Assembly (NCBI GenBank): GCA_964575455.1
Contig: CAZNRX010000007.1
Span: 2,252 to 66,251 of the forward strand
Source of the DNA: an uncultured Anaerolineales bacterium
GTDB lineage: Bacteria; Chloroflexota; Anaerolineae; B4-G1
Length of the DNA stretch: 64,000 bases
Direction of reading: 5' to 3'
A program made the translations under genes and the position numbers. How positions within the stretch are numbered: the stretch's first letter is position 1; every line of letters begins with the position of its first letter. Shown one piece after another: positions 10,622 through 19,728 of the stretch. The notes under the pieces were generated by a model that saw only the letters and a program-made list of their open reading frames with translations, was not told the DNA's origin and did no database searches.

Positions 10622-11506
10622 CTATTCCTGTCGGACGCGGGCCGCCAGCCGCATGTAGAACCAGACCAGGATGGTGACCAGCACGGCCATAACCGTGGCC
10701 ATCGCCATGGCCTCCTTTCGGAAGCCCAGATCGACGTTCGTGTAGTACTCGAAAGCCAGGACCGCCAATGCCTTGGGATGGGACGCGCCTAACAGGAACG
10801 GGATGGCATAGGAGCTGAACACGGCGGCGAAGACCAGAATCGCGCCGCGCAGGAGTCCCGGCATGATAAGCGGAAGAAGCACGTGCCGCACGCGCTGCCA
10901 CCGGTTGGCGCCCAGCGTGCGCGCCAAATCCTCATAGTCCTCGCCGACGGACTGCAGGGTGGCCAACAGGATGATGCCCGTGAACGAGACGCCCTTCCAG
11001 ACGTAGACGAGGATGACGGAGATCAGGTTCTTGTCGTACACCAGCGCCGGGAAGCTCGTGGGGTCCTGTGCTAGTCCGACCTGATACGCCAGCCGCGAGA
11101 GCAGACCGGCCCGTGAGAGCAAGAAGATGGCGGCAATGGCGCCCATCACGTGTGGGATGGGGATGTTGAGCTGGAAGATGAAGGTGACGACCTTCTTCCC
11201 CCACAGGGACTGTCGCAGCACCAGGGCGCAGATCACGGCCAGAACCGACATCAGCACCGTGGTGGAGATCGACACCCGGAGCGTCAAGAGGAGCGCGCCG
11301 ACGAACCTTTCGTCCGTCAGGACGTTGACGTAGTGCTGCAGGTTCACCCCGTAGTCCCCGGCCAGCGGCTCCATCCCGAAGCTCTGCAAAACGCCGAGGA
11401 CCAGCCCGCCCATGAACAACACGAGGATGACCGCCAGCGCACCGGACAGCATCAGGGGCACCTGGAGTCGTCTATAGAGCCTGGTTGTGGTCAGCCGAGA
11501 AAGCAT
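10622..11506 (-). CDS. ABC transporter permease (PotB-like)
   Basis: Polytopic membrane protein. Start re-called at M11, which has a GGGAGGG RBS. Confidence 0.8.
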   Translation of the reverse strand: MLSRLTTTRLYRRLQVPLMLSGALAVILVLFMGGLVLGVLQSFGMEPLAGDYGVNLQHYVNVLTDERFVGALLLTLRVSISTTVLMSVLAVICALVLRQSLWGKKVVTFIFQLNIPIPHVMGAIAAIFLLSRAGLLSRLAYQVGLAQDPTSFPALVYDKNLISVILVYVWKGVSFTGIILLATLQSVGEDYEDLARTLGANRWQRVRHVLLPLIMPGLLRGAILVFAAVFSSYAIPFLLGASHPKALAVLAFEYYTNVDLGFRKEAMAMATVMAVLVTILVWFYMRLAARVRQE

Positions 11507-11580
11507 ATGTGGCCCTCCCTGAGGATGGCGCGACACGGGGCTCTCTGATGCCCGTGTCGCGCGCTCTCTTTAAGCCGTGG

Positions 11581-12888
11581 CTAGTCGAGCTGGACGTTCT
11601 CCTCCCAGCCTTCCTCGATGGCGGTCAGCCAGTCAGCCTGGAGCTCCGGCAGCTTGAATTCCGCTCTTACGTCCGGCGGCAGCGTGTAGGGTCCTAGCTG
11701 ATCCGCAAAGGCCTGGTACCGCTCCTGGTACTCCGGGGGGAGCGAGTCGAGGTCGACCGGCGGGAAGGTGTCCTGCACCTCCAGCCGGAAGTAGAACTGG
11801 GCCTCGAGCCCCGTGATGTAGTTGGCCGTGACCACCGCGGCTGCCGGATGGGCGGCGTTGTAGGCGACGGCGATGTAGTTGGTGTTGCCGATCATCCCGC
11901 TCTTCAGCATGTGGGGACGGGCCGTCTCTGGCAGCGTGCCCTCGTCCACCAGGGATTTGATGCCGGAGCCGCCGTAGCTGATGTACATGTCGATCTGAGC
12001 ATTGGCGAATAGATCCTGCAGCTCGGCGCTGCCAGTGGGGTAGGTGGTTCCCTCTCGCCACAGCGAGGGCTCGAGCTCGTTGAGCAGATCCCAACACGCC
12101 TGGAACTCCTCCTCGAACAGCTCCTGGTCGAAGGGGCCAAGGAACTGCTCGTAGCCACCGGTGGCGTGGTAGCAGAAGTGCCGCACGTTCAGGCTTCCCG
12201 TGAAGTCGGGCGGCGCGGGGTAGGTGAACCGTCCTGGGTTGTCCTTGATCCATTGGATCAGGGCCGCCATGTCCTCCGGGGGCTCCGGCATTCTGGCGCT
12301 GTCGTATACCATGGCGCTCTGCGCCGAGCCCCACGGCATCTCGTAGCCCTCAACCGGGTAGCCGAAGTCGTTGGCTATGGCGGGATCGCTCCAATCGTAG
12401 TACTGGCCTGAGGGCACCGACTCCGCCCAGGGTCCGTAGAGCAGATCGGCCTCCTTCATGGTGCGGAAGTTCTCGCCGTTGATCCACATGATGTCGACGG
12501 CGCCGCCGGTGTCCTTCCCGGCTGCCTTCTCGTCCCGCACCTGGTTGATGAACTCGGTGGGTCCGGCCACCGGCACCTGCTTCATCGTGATGTTGTAGTT
12601 CTCCTTGAGCTTATCGGCCAGCCAGCCGTTGACCCATTCGTTGTAGACTGAGCTACCGCCCCACATCCAGAAGGTGACCTCCTGGCCGTTGGCCTGGGCG
12701 ACGATCTCCTCCCAGGTCATGCCGTCGAGGGGCGCCGGCAGGCCCAGCGTCTCTGGGGCCTCCGTGGGCTCCTCCGTCGGAGGTTCTGTCGGCACCTCGG
12801 TCGGTTCGGGGGTCGGACCGGCGCAGGCCCCCATGACCAGGGCGACGACGATCAGGGCACTAAACACAACCAGCGACTTGCGCATCAT
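11581..12888 (-). CDS. ABC transporter substrate-binding lipoprotein (SBP family 1, PotD/AfuA-like)
   Basis: Signal peptide with lipobox (VMGACAG), then a Pro/Thr/Glu linker and a 400-aa periplasmic-binding-protein domain. Confidence 0.8.
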   Translation of the reverse strand: MMRKSLVVFSALIVVALVMGACAGPTPEPTEVPTEPPTEEPTEAPETLGLPAPLDGMTWEEIVAQANGQEVTFWMWGGSSVYNEWVNGWLADKLKENYNITMKQVPVAGPTEFINQVRDEKAAGKDTGGAVDIMWINGENFRTMKEADLLYGPWAESVPSGQYYDWSDPAIANDFGYPVEGYEMPWGSAQSAMVYDSARMPEPPEDMAALIQWIKDNPGRFTYPAPPDFTGSLNVRHFCYHATGGYEQFLGPFDQELFEEEFQACWDLLNELEPSLWREGTTYPTGSAELQDLFANAQIDMYISYGGSGIKSLVDEGTLPETARPHMLKSGMIGNTNYIAVAYNAAHPAAAVVTANYITGLEAQFYFRLEVQDTFPPVDLDSLPPEYQERYQAFADQLGPYTLPPDVRAEFKLPELQADWLTAIEEGWEENVQLD

Positions 12889-12964
12889 CTCACTCCTTTG
12901 TTTCTAGTCTCCACTTCCTATGGGCTCTTGGGCCCACACCTGTCTTGCACGTCACGACGAAGCC

Positions 12965-14428
12965 TCACTTGGTGGGTAAATCACCTCCTTCCGGCATGGT
13001 ACTTGCAGATGTCGAGAAATCACGATAGGGGACAAGTTTCATGATGTCGATGTCCGCCCAAGCGGCCAGCTCCTGGAAGGCGTCCGCCCAGTCGCCCAGG
13101 GCCAGAGGATAGTGATGGGGAAGGCCCTGGTAGCTTGCCGTCTCGATGAGATCGCGGGCCCGAGCTGGTTCGCCGTCGATGCGCAAGTCGGTCACCCACC
13201 CCCGGCTCCCCTGGTAGCCCCGGCTTGGTCCTTCGACCACCTGTCCGGTCAAGAGGAAGGCCTGGGAGGCGTCCGGGCTGAACCGAGCCACCGTCAGCGG
13301 GCCCGGTCGCAGCACCACGTCGGACGATGCGCCAGAGCGAGGCGCTCCCGGCGGGTTGGAGCGATCGAGGGTGGGGTGATACGTGATGCACTGACCGGCG
13401 TCGTCAGCCAGGCCACCCGGCGTGGGCCCACAGTGCCACAGATGGATCAGGTCTTCCTCGTCGATCACAGTCACCAGATCCATCATCGTGGTTGGTGCTT
13501 CGCTCAAGTGGTGCAGAGCGAGCATACTGATCGCTCCCACCACGTCTCCCTCGCACGACGTGGGAAGTCCGTGGTCGTTCAGCCAGGCGACGGCGGCACA
13601 AGGCCCCAGGCCGTCCATCTGCTCCTGGAACTCGGGCCAGCAGCGGAGAGCGACGGCGTCGTAATCACCATCCACGGCGGCGTCTCGGACGGCCAGGACG
13701 GCTCGGCCGGTTAGCTCGAGCCACGACCGGTCAACGGCCACTCGCGCCGCGCTTGCTGCCATGTCGTCGACCAGTGTCGAGACCTCCTGCTCGGTGTAGC
13801 CTTGGGCCCGCTCGAAGACATCGCCCAGGTCGTGCCGCTCCACCCTCAGGCCCAGCCGGGTCTCGATGGCTGCCGGGTCATAGGTCAGGTTGTAGAAGGT
13901 GGGCGCCACGTCCCCCAGCAGCAGGATGCGGGTCGCACGCAGGTTCTTCAGCGCGGTGAGCGCCCTGACCGTAAGGCACAGTCGCCGTTGAAAGAACTCG
14001 TCATCGGCATCACCGTAGAACCATTTGAAGGGCTGCTGGCGGTCCGGAAGGTTCTTTCGGAGCAGGCTGGTGGCCAGGTTCAGGCCACTGAACGAGTTGA
14101 GCGGGATCTCGCCGCTCAGCGACGGCTCCGGCACCGACCAGATGCCCAACGGCGCCTCTATCTTGAGCAATGGCATCCACACGTCACCGAGCGCAAAAGA
14201 GCTGGCCTGGATCAGAACGAAGTCAACCTCTTCGTCGGCGAGCCGCCGCGCCGCCTTCTCAGCGTCCTCCGCGGACTGCACGGCGTCCGGGAGAGGCAGG
14301 AGATTGAAACCCCAAGCCTCGGCCAGCGCCTCCAGGCCCTCCACGGCGTGTTGATAGACGCCGTACTCCTTGGCCGAGAAGTTGGCGAAGGATGTGCCCA
14401 CAAAGCCTAAGCGGAGTTTCTCCATCAA
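12965..14428 (-). CDS. L-fucose/L-arabinose isomerase-like family protein
   Basis: 487-aa soluble protein with sugar-isomerase-like N- and C-terminal regions. Assigned by weak similarity only. Confidence 0.45.
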   Translation of the reverse strand: MMEKLRLGFVGTSFANFSAKEYGVYQHAVEGLEALAEAWGFNLLPLPDAVQSAEDAEKAARRLADEEVDFVLIQASSFALGDVWMPLLKIEAPLGIWSVPEPSLSGEIPLNSFSGLNLATSLLRKNLPDRQQPFKWFYGDADDEFFQRRLCLTVRALTALKNLRATRILLLGDVAPTFYNLTYDPAAIETRLGLRVERHDLGDVFERAQGYTEQEVSTLVDDMAASAARVAVDRSWLELTGRAVLAVRDAAVDGDYDAVALRCWPEFQEQMDGLGPCAAVAWLNDHGLPTSCEGDVVGAISMLALHHLSEAPTTMMDLVTVIDEEDLIHLWHCGPTPGGLADDAGQCITYHPTLDRSNPPGAPRSGASSDVVLRPGPLTVARFSPDASQAFLLTGQVVEGPSRGYQGSRGWVTDLRIDGEPARARDLIETASYQGLPHHYPLALGDWADAFQELAAWADIDIMKLVPYRDFSTSASTMPEGGDLPTK

Positions 14429-14429
14429 C

Positions 14430-15323
14430 CTATCCTTTCGAGAAGTGAATCCGAATCAGCCAGAAGACGCCTGCCAGGATGAGCGCCCCGCCCAGCAGCT
14501 CGAGAGCGCTCGGCAGCTCGCCCAAGGCAAGATACGCCATGGGCACGACGAAGAGCGGCTGCACGCCCAGGACCAGTGTGACGTGGGAGAGCGACCAGCA
14601 CTGGAGAGCCCGGTAGCGGAGCAGGAAGCTGGCGCAGGGCCCCAGGAAGGCGCCCAACAGGGTCACGAGCCAGTATGAGCGGGCCGCGCGAAAATCCAGC
14701 CTGCCGGTGGCGAGCCCCCAGCCCGCGATGGCCACCACCCCCACCGCCGCTCTGTAGAAGACCACCACGTTGGGGTGGGTCACCGCCACGGCCACCTTCG
14801 CCAGCAGGCCCTGGACCGCACCCAGACAGCACGCCAGCAGCGTCAGAATCACACCTGCACCGACCAGCTCCCAGCGTCCAAAGGTGGTGACGACCCCACC
14901 CGCGATCATCAGCGCCCCAGGAGCCAGCTCCATCGGCGTCAACCTCTCGCCCAGGAAGACGGCGCTGGCCAGGATGGTCAGTAAAGGAGCGAAGCGCCAC
15001 AGGAAGGAGGAGAGCGAAGAGGTCAGCAGGCTGAGGCCGCCCCAGGTGAGGAGCATGCCGACGCCACTTGCCAGCCCAAGGACGGTCATCCTACCCACCA
15101 GGTCACCGGGCAGCCTCAGATCCTCGCCATGGCCGGATATCAGCACGGCGAGCAACGAGTAGCCCGCAGCAGCCGCGCACCACACCAGCCCGAATGTCTC
15201 TATGTTGAATGCCCCCAAGCCGTACTTGGCGGTGATGAAATTCGTGGAGAGTAAGAAGGTACCAGCTATGGACAACACGAACCCTCTCGTTGGCTGTGTC
15301 GACACGGTGTTCCGTGCTCCCAT
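14430..15323 (-). CDS. DMT-superfamily (EamA-like) transporter
   Basis: About 10 TM helices with two EamA-like halves. Start re-called at MGARNT to avoid overlap with the upstream gene. Confidence 0.7.
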   Translation of the reverse strand: MGARNTVSTQPTRGFVLSIAGTFLLSTNFITAKYGLGAFNIETFGLVWCAAAAGYSLLAVLISGHGEDLRLPGDLVGRMTVLGLASGVGMLLTWGGLSLLTSSLSSFLWRFAPLLTILASAVFLGERLTPMELAPGALMIAGGVVTTFGRWELVGAGVILTLLACCLGAVQGLLAKVAVAVTHPNVVVFYRAAVGVVAIAGWGLATGRLDFRAARSYWLVTLLGAFLGPCASFLLRYRALQCWSLSHVTLVLGVQPLFVVPMAYLALGELPSALELLGGALILAGVFWLIRIHFSKG

Positions 15324-15336
15324 GGCTAACTGATCC

Positions 15337-17478
15337 TCACTGGATGAGCAGCGCGGTGCCGTCGTAGGGTGCCACGGTGACGTCGAAGCGCAGCGCTGCC
15401 GCATCCGGATCCACTTGAATCATCCGGTGCGCCAGCAGGTCCTCGACCGTGACCCTCGGGGCCGCATCAGGGACTGTGACCGTGACGGACGAGGCATCGG
15501 CGCCGTGATTGACGAGCACCAAGAGCTGCTGCTGTCCCCGCCCCAACAGATGCCCATCCAGGTCCGACCCGCCGCTGATGACGACGGGACGCTTGACGCC
15601 GGCCATGTTAGCGAGGTTGGCGTACACCCGGGCGTAGCCGGGAACGGGCGACGTGTGCGCGGCCACGTCCGCGTGCGTGCCGAAGGCAATGGCGTTCCCC
15701 TCGCCGTGTCTCCTGAGCGTCACGGCCGGCTGATCATCCCTGTAGCGCGCCAGGATCTGGACGTCGTCGGCCAGGTCGAAATCCTGACGGTGCCAGTGAC
15801 CGGGCAGTGAGCTGTCCACACCTTCAAACAGCTCCGTGTCCGGTTCCGGCGACAGCGCCACCGTATCGATCTGCTGGACGAGACGCTCGCGGACGCCGAA
15901 GAGCTCGCTCAACCCCGCCCCGGGCCGCTCGTGCCAGTACCAACTCTGCCCGTCGAGCATGGCGCATTTAGCGAAGGACACCAGCGTCCCGCCCCCGCTC
16001 ACGAAGTCCGTCAGCGCCTCGGCCGTCTCCGCCGTCACGAGCATCATAAAGGGCAGCAGCAGCAGCCGGTAGGGATGCGTGCCGCTCTGGGCGAGCAGGT
16101 CTGGCGTCACGAACTCCACCGGGTACCCCTGCGACCAGAAGGCTTGGTAGAGGCCTCGCACCGCGTCCAGCAGGAACTCGTTGGCCGCCATACCATAGGC
16201 CACGTTGGCGTTGGCCTGATCCCAGAGGAGTGCCACTTGCGCCCGGACCGGCTGGGCCTCCAGGAAGAGGGCCTCGTGCGCCGCAACCATCTCATTGATC
16301 TGTCGGGCGGCGTCGTAGCGCTCGGTCGGCACGCCCTCCAGGTCGACCAGCGCACCCCAGTGCATCGGCAGCGGATCCCATTCCCGATAGCCTTGATAGA
16401 GGATCATCTTGGCGCCGTGCCCGATGGCCTCCAGGTCGTATCGTCTAATGTCGCTCGCGGTGGTGGCGTGTTTGGGCCCCAGCACCCAATCCCCGATGGG
16501 GCCGCTCTCTATCTCCGGCAGCCAGAACGGCTGGCCAGCGTGGAGGGCCGGTGCCCGGGCGTAGTCGAGCGAAAGCGAGATGAAGTAGGGTGCGTCCTGG
16601 GCCCGATCGATGGGGTAGAGATCGTATCCCAGGGCGTCTACCGCGTCTGGATAGAGCCATGGATCCACGCCAAAGGCGACGTCCGTTGTCCGCACCAGGT
16701 TCGTGGTCACCGGATGCTCGTTGTCGATCTCCTTGATGATCCCGCTCTGCCAGGCGACGAAGCCGGCGAAGTTCTCGTTGATAAACATCCGCCAGTCGAG
16801 CCACGCCCCGGGAGAGCCGAGCGAGCCGAATCTGGCGGGAGCCGCACGTGGGGGCTGGATCTGCGCCCAGCGGCTGTAACGGTGGCGGGTGGGTGTGCAG
16901 GCCCAGGCCTCGCTCAGCGCCTCGAGGTCGTCGTACCTGCGGCGGAGCCAGGCCCGGAAGTGATCCACGGTGTGAGGGCAGTAGCAGTAGAGCTTCTGGT
17001 CCGGTGGTCGAGTCGGGTAGCCAATCTCGTTGTGGATCTGCCATCCCAGGAGCGCCGGATGGTCCCCATACCGGTCCAGGAGCACCCGGAGGTATCGCTC
17101 GGCCTCTTCGAGGAAGCCTGGATTGTCGATGCAGGCCCATCCCCATCGGGCACCGGTGGGGTAGGGCACGCCCTCGTGAGAGACCACCTGGGCATCCGGG
17201 TACTCATCAAGGAGCCAGACGGGCGGGCTCCCGGCCCCGGTTCCGAGGAGAATCTGCAGACTGTGCTTAGCGGCCAGCTCGAAGATCCTGTCCAGCCAGC
17301 TGAAATCGAAGTCACCCCGGCTGGGCTCGATCCAGTCCCAGCTGGCGATGAGCTCGGCGGTGCGGATGGCGTTGAGCCCCGCCTCCGCCATGCGCTCCAC
17401 GTCGCACGCCCAATCCTCGGGCTCGTGGAAGGGTGGGTAGTAACTCGAACCGATGGGGAAGAAATCAATCTCTGGCAT
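15337..17478 (-). CDS. Glycoside hydrolase family 42 beta-galactosidase
   Basis: 713 aa. N-terminal FFPIGSSYYPPFHEPEDW...GLNAIR matches the GH42 TIM-barrel N-terminus. Domain organisation typical of BgaB-type enzymes. Confidence 0.85.
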   Translation of the reverse strand: MPEIDFFPIGSSYYPPFHEPEDWACDVERMAEAGLNAIRTAELIASWDWIEPSRGDFDFSWLDRIFELAAKHSLQILLGTGAGSPPVWLLDEYPDAQVVSHEGVPYPTGARWGWACIDNPGFLEEAERYLRVLLDRYGDHPALLGWQIHNEIGYPTRPPDQKLYCYCPHTVDHFRAWLRRRYDDLEALSEAWACTPTRHRYSRWAQIQPPRAAPARFGSLGSPGAWLDWRMFINENFAGFVAWQSGIIKEIDNEHPVTTNLVRTTDVAFGVDPWLYPDAVDALGYDLYPIDRAQDAPYFISLSLDYARAPALHAGQPFWLPEIESGPIGDWVLGPKHATTASDIRRYDLEAIGHGAKMILYQGYREWDPLPMHWGALVDLEGVPTERYDAARQINEMVAAHEALFLEAQPVRAQVALLWDQANANVAYGMAANEFLLDAVRGLYQAFWSQGYPVEFVTPDLLAQSGTHPYRLLLLPFMMLVTAETAEALTDFVSGGGTLVSFAKCAMLDGQSWYWHERPGAGLSELFGVRERLVQQIDTVALSPEPDTELFEGVDSSLPGHWHRQDFDLADDVQILARYRDDQPAVTLRRHGEGNAIAFGTHADVAAHTSPVPGYARVYANLANMAGVKRPVVISGGSDLDGHLLGRGQQQLLVLVNHGADASSVTVTVPDAAPRVTVEDLLAHRMIQVDPDAAALRFDVTVAPYDGTALLIQ

Positions 17479-17626
17479 AGCGCTCCTAGATCATGTCATG
17501 GCTTCAGATAGGCTGCTGGCCGTTTCTGTGGACAAATGTGCAACGGAACTCGTGCAACCGGGAGAACGGATCGCTTCGACTGCCCCGAGTAGAGGCTCCT
17601 CGAAGGTGTCTCGCCGCCAAAGGCGG

Positions 17627-18649
17627 CTACGGCGAAATGACGATCTTCAGCGACTCGCCTGCCTCTCCCAGCAGCTCGATCGCGTCGCTGACCTGGCCCA
17701 GGTCGAAGCGGTGGGTGACCAGCTCGTCCGCCGGGATGCGTCCGTTGGCCAGGAACGCCACTACCTGCCTCGTTTCAATGTGCGTGGTGGAGTAGGTGGT
17801 GGTCAGTGTGAGCTGGCGGAAGAAGTAGTCGTTCACGTCTAGTTTGAGCTGCGAATCGGGCGGCGGGGGCGCGAACATATGCACGGTGGCCCCCCTACCG
17901 GCCAGGCTCAGCCCAAACTCGACTGGCGCGAGCTCGTGCGGCGTGACGATCACCGAGTCGGCCCCGCGGCCCTGGTTGACCTCCAGAAGCCTCGCCTTGC
18001 CGTCCTCTTCCTTGGGGTTGATGGTGTGATTCGCCCCCAGCTTCCGGGCCTTCTCCAGCCGCCACTCGGAGAAGTCGAGGGCCACCACCTTGGCCGCTCC
18101 CCACATCTGGGCGAAGTGGACGAAGCTGAGCCCCATCAGCCCAGCGCCGATCACGGCCACCGTGTCGCCAGGCTGAATGCCGGCCACCTTGATGCCCTTG
18201 AGCACGCAGGAGAGCGGTTCGATCAGCGTTCCCTCCTCGAAGGAGACGTGGTCGGGAAGGAGGTGTGTGTCGAGGCGCACCAGCTCGGCCGGCACGCGGA
18301 CGTACTCGGCGAAGCCGCCGGGCTCGATGTTGAGCTCGGTGAAGTGCTCGCACATAGTGAAGTCGCCGCGCCGGCAGTAGTGGCACGCCATGCAGCCGAC
18401 GTGATGATGGACGTAGACGCGATCACCCTCCTCGAACCTCTCCACACCTGCTCCCACCTGGGCAACGGTCCCGGTAGGCTCGTGCCCCAGGATGATGGGC
18501 GCTTTGTGGAGCAGGTACCACTCCATGGTGTCGCCACCGCAAAGGCCGCAGGCCTCGACCTTGACCAGCAGCTCCCCCGGCCCGATCTCAGGCACGGGGC
18601 GCTGCTCTACCCGCACGTCCTGGTTGTTGTAGTAGACCGCTGCCCGCAT
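17627..18649 (-). CDS. Zn-dependent alcohol dehydrogenase (MDR family)
   Basis: Zn-ligand and nucleotide-binding motifs (CGLCGGD; GAGLMG). Start re-called at MRAAVYY with a GGGGAGG RBS; the track ORF carries a 107-aa spurious extension. Confidence 0.8.
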   Translation of the reverse strand: MRAAVYYNNQDVRVEQRPVPEIGPGELLVKVEACGLCGGDTMEWYLLHKAPIILGHEPTGTVAQVGAGVERFEEGDRVYVHHHVGCMACHYCRRGDFTMCEHFTELNIEPGGFAEYVRVPAELVRLDTHLLPDHVSFEEGTLIEPLSCVLKGIKVAGIQPGDTVAVIGAGLMGLSFVHFAQMWGAAKVVALDFSEWRLEKARKLGANHTINPKEEDGKARLLEVNQGRGADSVIVTPHELAPVEFGLSLAGRGATVHMFAPPPPDSQLKLDVNDYFFRQLTLTTTYSTTHIETRQVVAFLANGRIPADELVTHRFDLGQVSDAIELLGEAGESLKIVISP

Positions 18650-18672
18650 CGTCTTTCTCACGCGTTCCTCCC

Positions 18673-19713
18673 CTAGCCAGGTATGATGGCGGTCTTGATG
18701 CACTCGCCTCGGATGACCATCTGGAGCGCCTCCTCCAGCTGCTCCAACGGCCTCTCGTGCGTGATCAAGACCTCCGGGTCGACAACGCTGCCGCCCAGCA
18801 GCTGCAAGGCTCGGTAGCAATCCACCGGCGTCAGGTGGTAGGGCCCGATGAGGGTGAGCTCGTCGTAGTGAACCCGGACGGCGTCCACCTCGATCTGGGT
18901 GCCGCTGGGCAGACCCCCGAACCAGAGCACGCGCCCACCTTTGCGAACCGCCTGAACAGCGCTCAGCCACGCCTGTTTGGCACCGGCACTCTCGATCGCC
19001 ACATCGGCGCCCCGACCGTCCGTCAGCTCCCTGACCGCCTCGACCGTGTCCTCCTCAGCGGCGTTGACCGTCCGCGCCGCTCCAAGCCGCTCGGCCACCC
19101 TGAGACGCTCCTCGCTGAGGTCCACGGCGATGACCTGCACAGCGCCCTGACGAAGGGCGAGCTGAAGATGCATCAGGCCAATCGGGCCGCCGGCGCCGAT
19201 GATGACCACTGACTCGCCGGGCTGGATCTGCAGCAGGTCTTGCCCGTGAAGGACACAGGCCAGAGGCTCCATCAGCGCCGCGTGTTGGTAGGGCAAAGTG
19301 TCCGGTATCTGATAGGTGTTCTGGCGAACGATGGCCTCGGGAACGGCGATGTACTCGGCGAAGGCGCCCAGATTGACGGTCAGGTTGTCACACAGGTTGT
19401 GCTGCCCGTGCTTGCAGTAGTAGCACTCGTTGCATGGTGCGGAGTTGCCGGCCACGACGCGCATCCCGGGCTCGAAGAAAGTCACATCCTGGCCAACCGC
19501 TACCACGTCTCCTGAGAACTCGTGGCCGAACAGGGTGGGAGGTGGGATCTTGGGGTGCCCGCGCCGGTACGTCTTGACGTCGGTGCCGCAGGTGAGGGCG
19601 ACCCGAACGCGAACCAAGATGTCCTCCGCGCCCACGTCGGGCACGGGCACGGTCCGCAGCTCCAGCACACCGGGCTCCAGATATGCCACAGCCTGCATCT
19701 CGTCTGGCTTCAC
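18673..19713 (-). CDS. Zn-dependent alcohol dehydrogenase (MDR family)
   Basis: Zn-ligand/structural-Zn motifs (CGTD...GHEFSG; CNECYYC) and Rossmann GAGGPIG. GTG start with AGGAG RBS. Confidence 0.8.
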   Translation of the reverse strand: MKPDEMQAVAYLEPGVLELRTVPVPDVGAEDILVRVRVALTCGTDVKTYRRGHPKIPPPTLFGHEFSGDVVAVGQDVTFFEPGMRVVAGNSAPCNECYYCKHGQHNLCDNLTVNLGAFAEYIAVPEAIVRQNTYQIPDTLPYQHAALMEPLACVLHGQDLLQIQPGESVVIIGAGGPIGLMHLQLALRQGAVQVIAVDLSEERLRVAERLGAARTVNAAEEDTVEAVRELTDGRGADVAIESAGAKQAWLSAVQAVRKGGRVLWFGGLPSGTQIEVDAVRVHYDELTLIGPYHLTPVDCYRALQLLGGSVVDPEVLITHERPLEQLEEALQMVIRGECIKTAIIPG

Positions 19714-19728
19714 ACCACGCTCCTGGGT

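Noticed and set aside
15931-17511. Large antisense ORFs: 526 aa opposite GH42 at 15931-17511; 409 aa at 38268-39497, 312 aa at 41334-42272 and 275 aa at 44625-45452 opposite the giant histidine kinase; 233 aa at 11633-12334 opposite the SBP; 282 aa at 50621-51469 inside the TolB-like gene.
   Set aside because: They are Arg/Pro/Gly-rich low-complexity translations with no recognisable domains, lying fully inside well-supported genes on the other strand. These are shadow ORFs expected at >60% GC.
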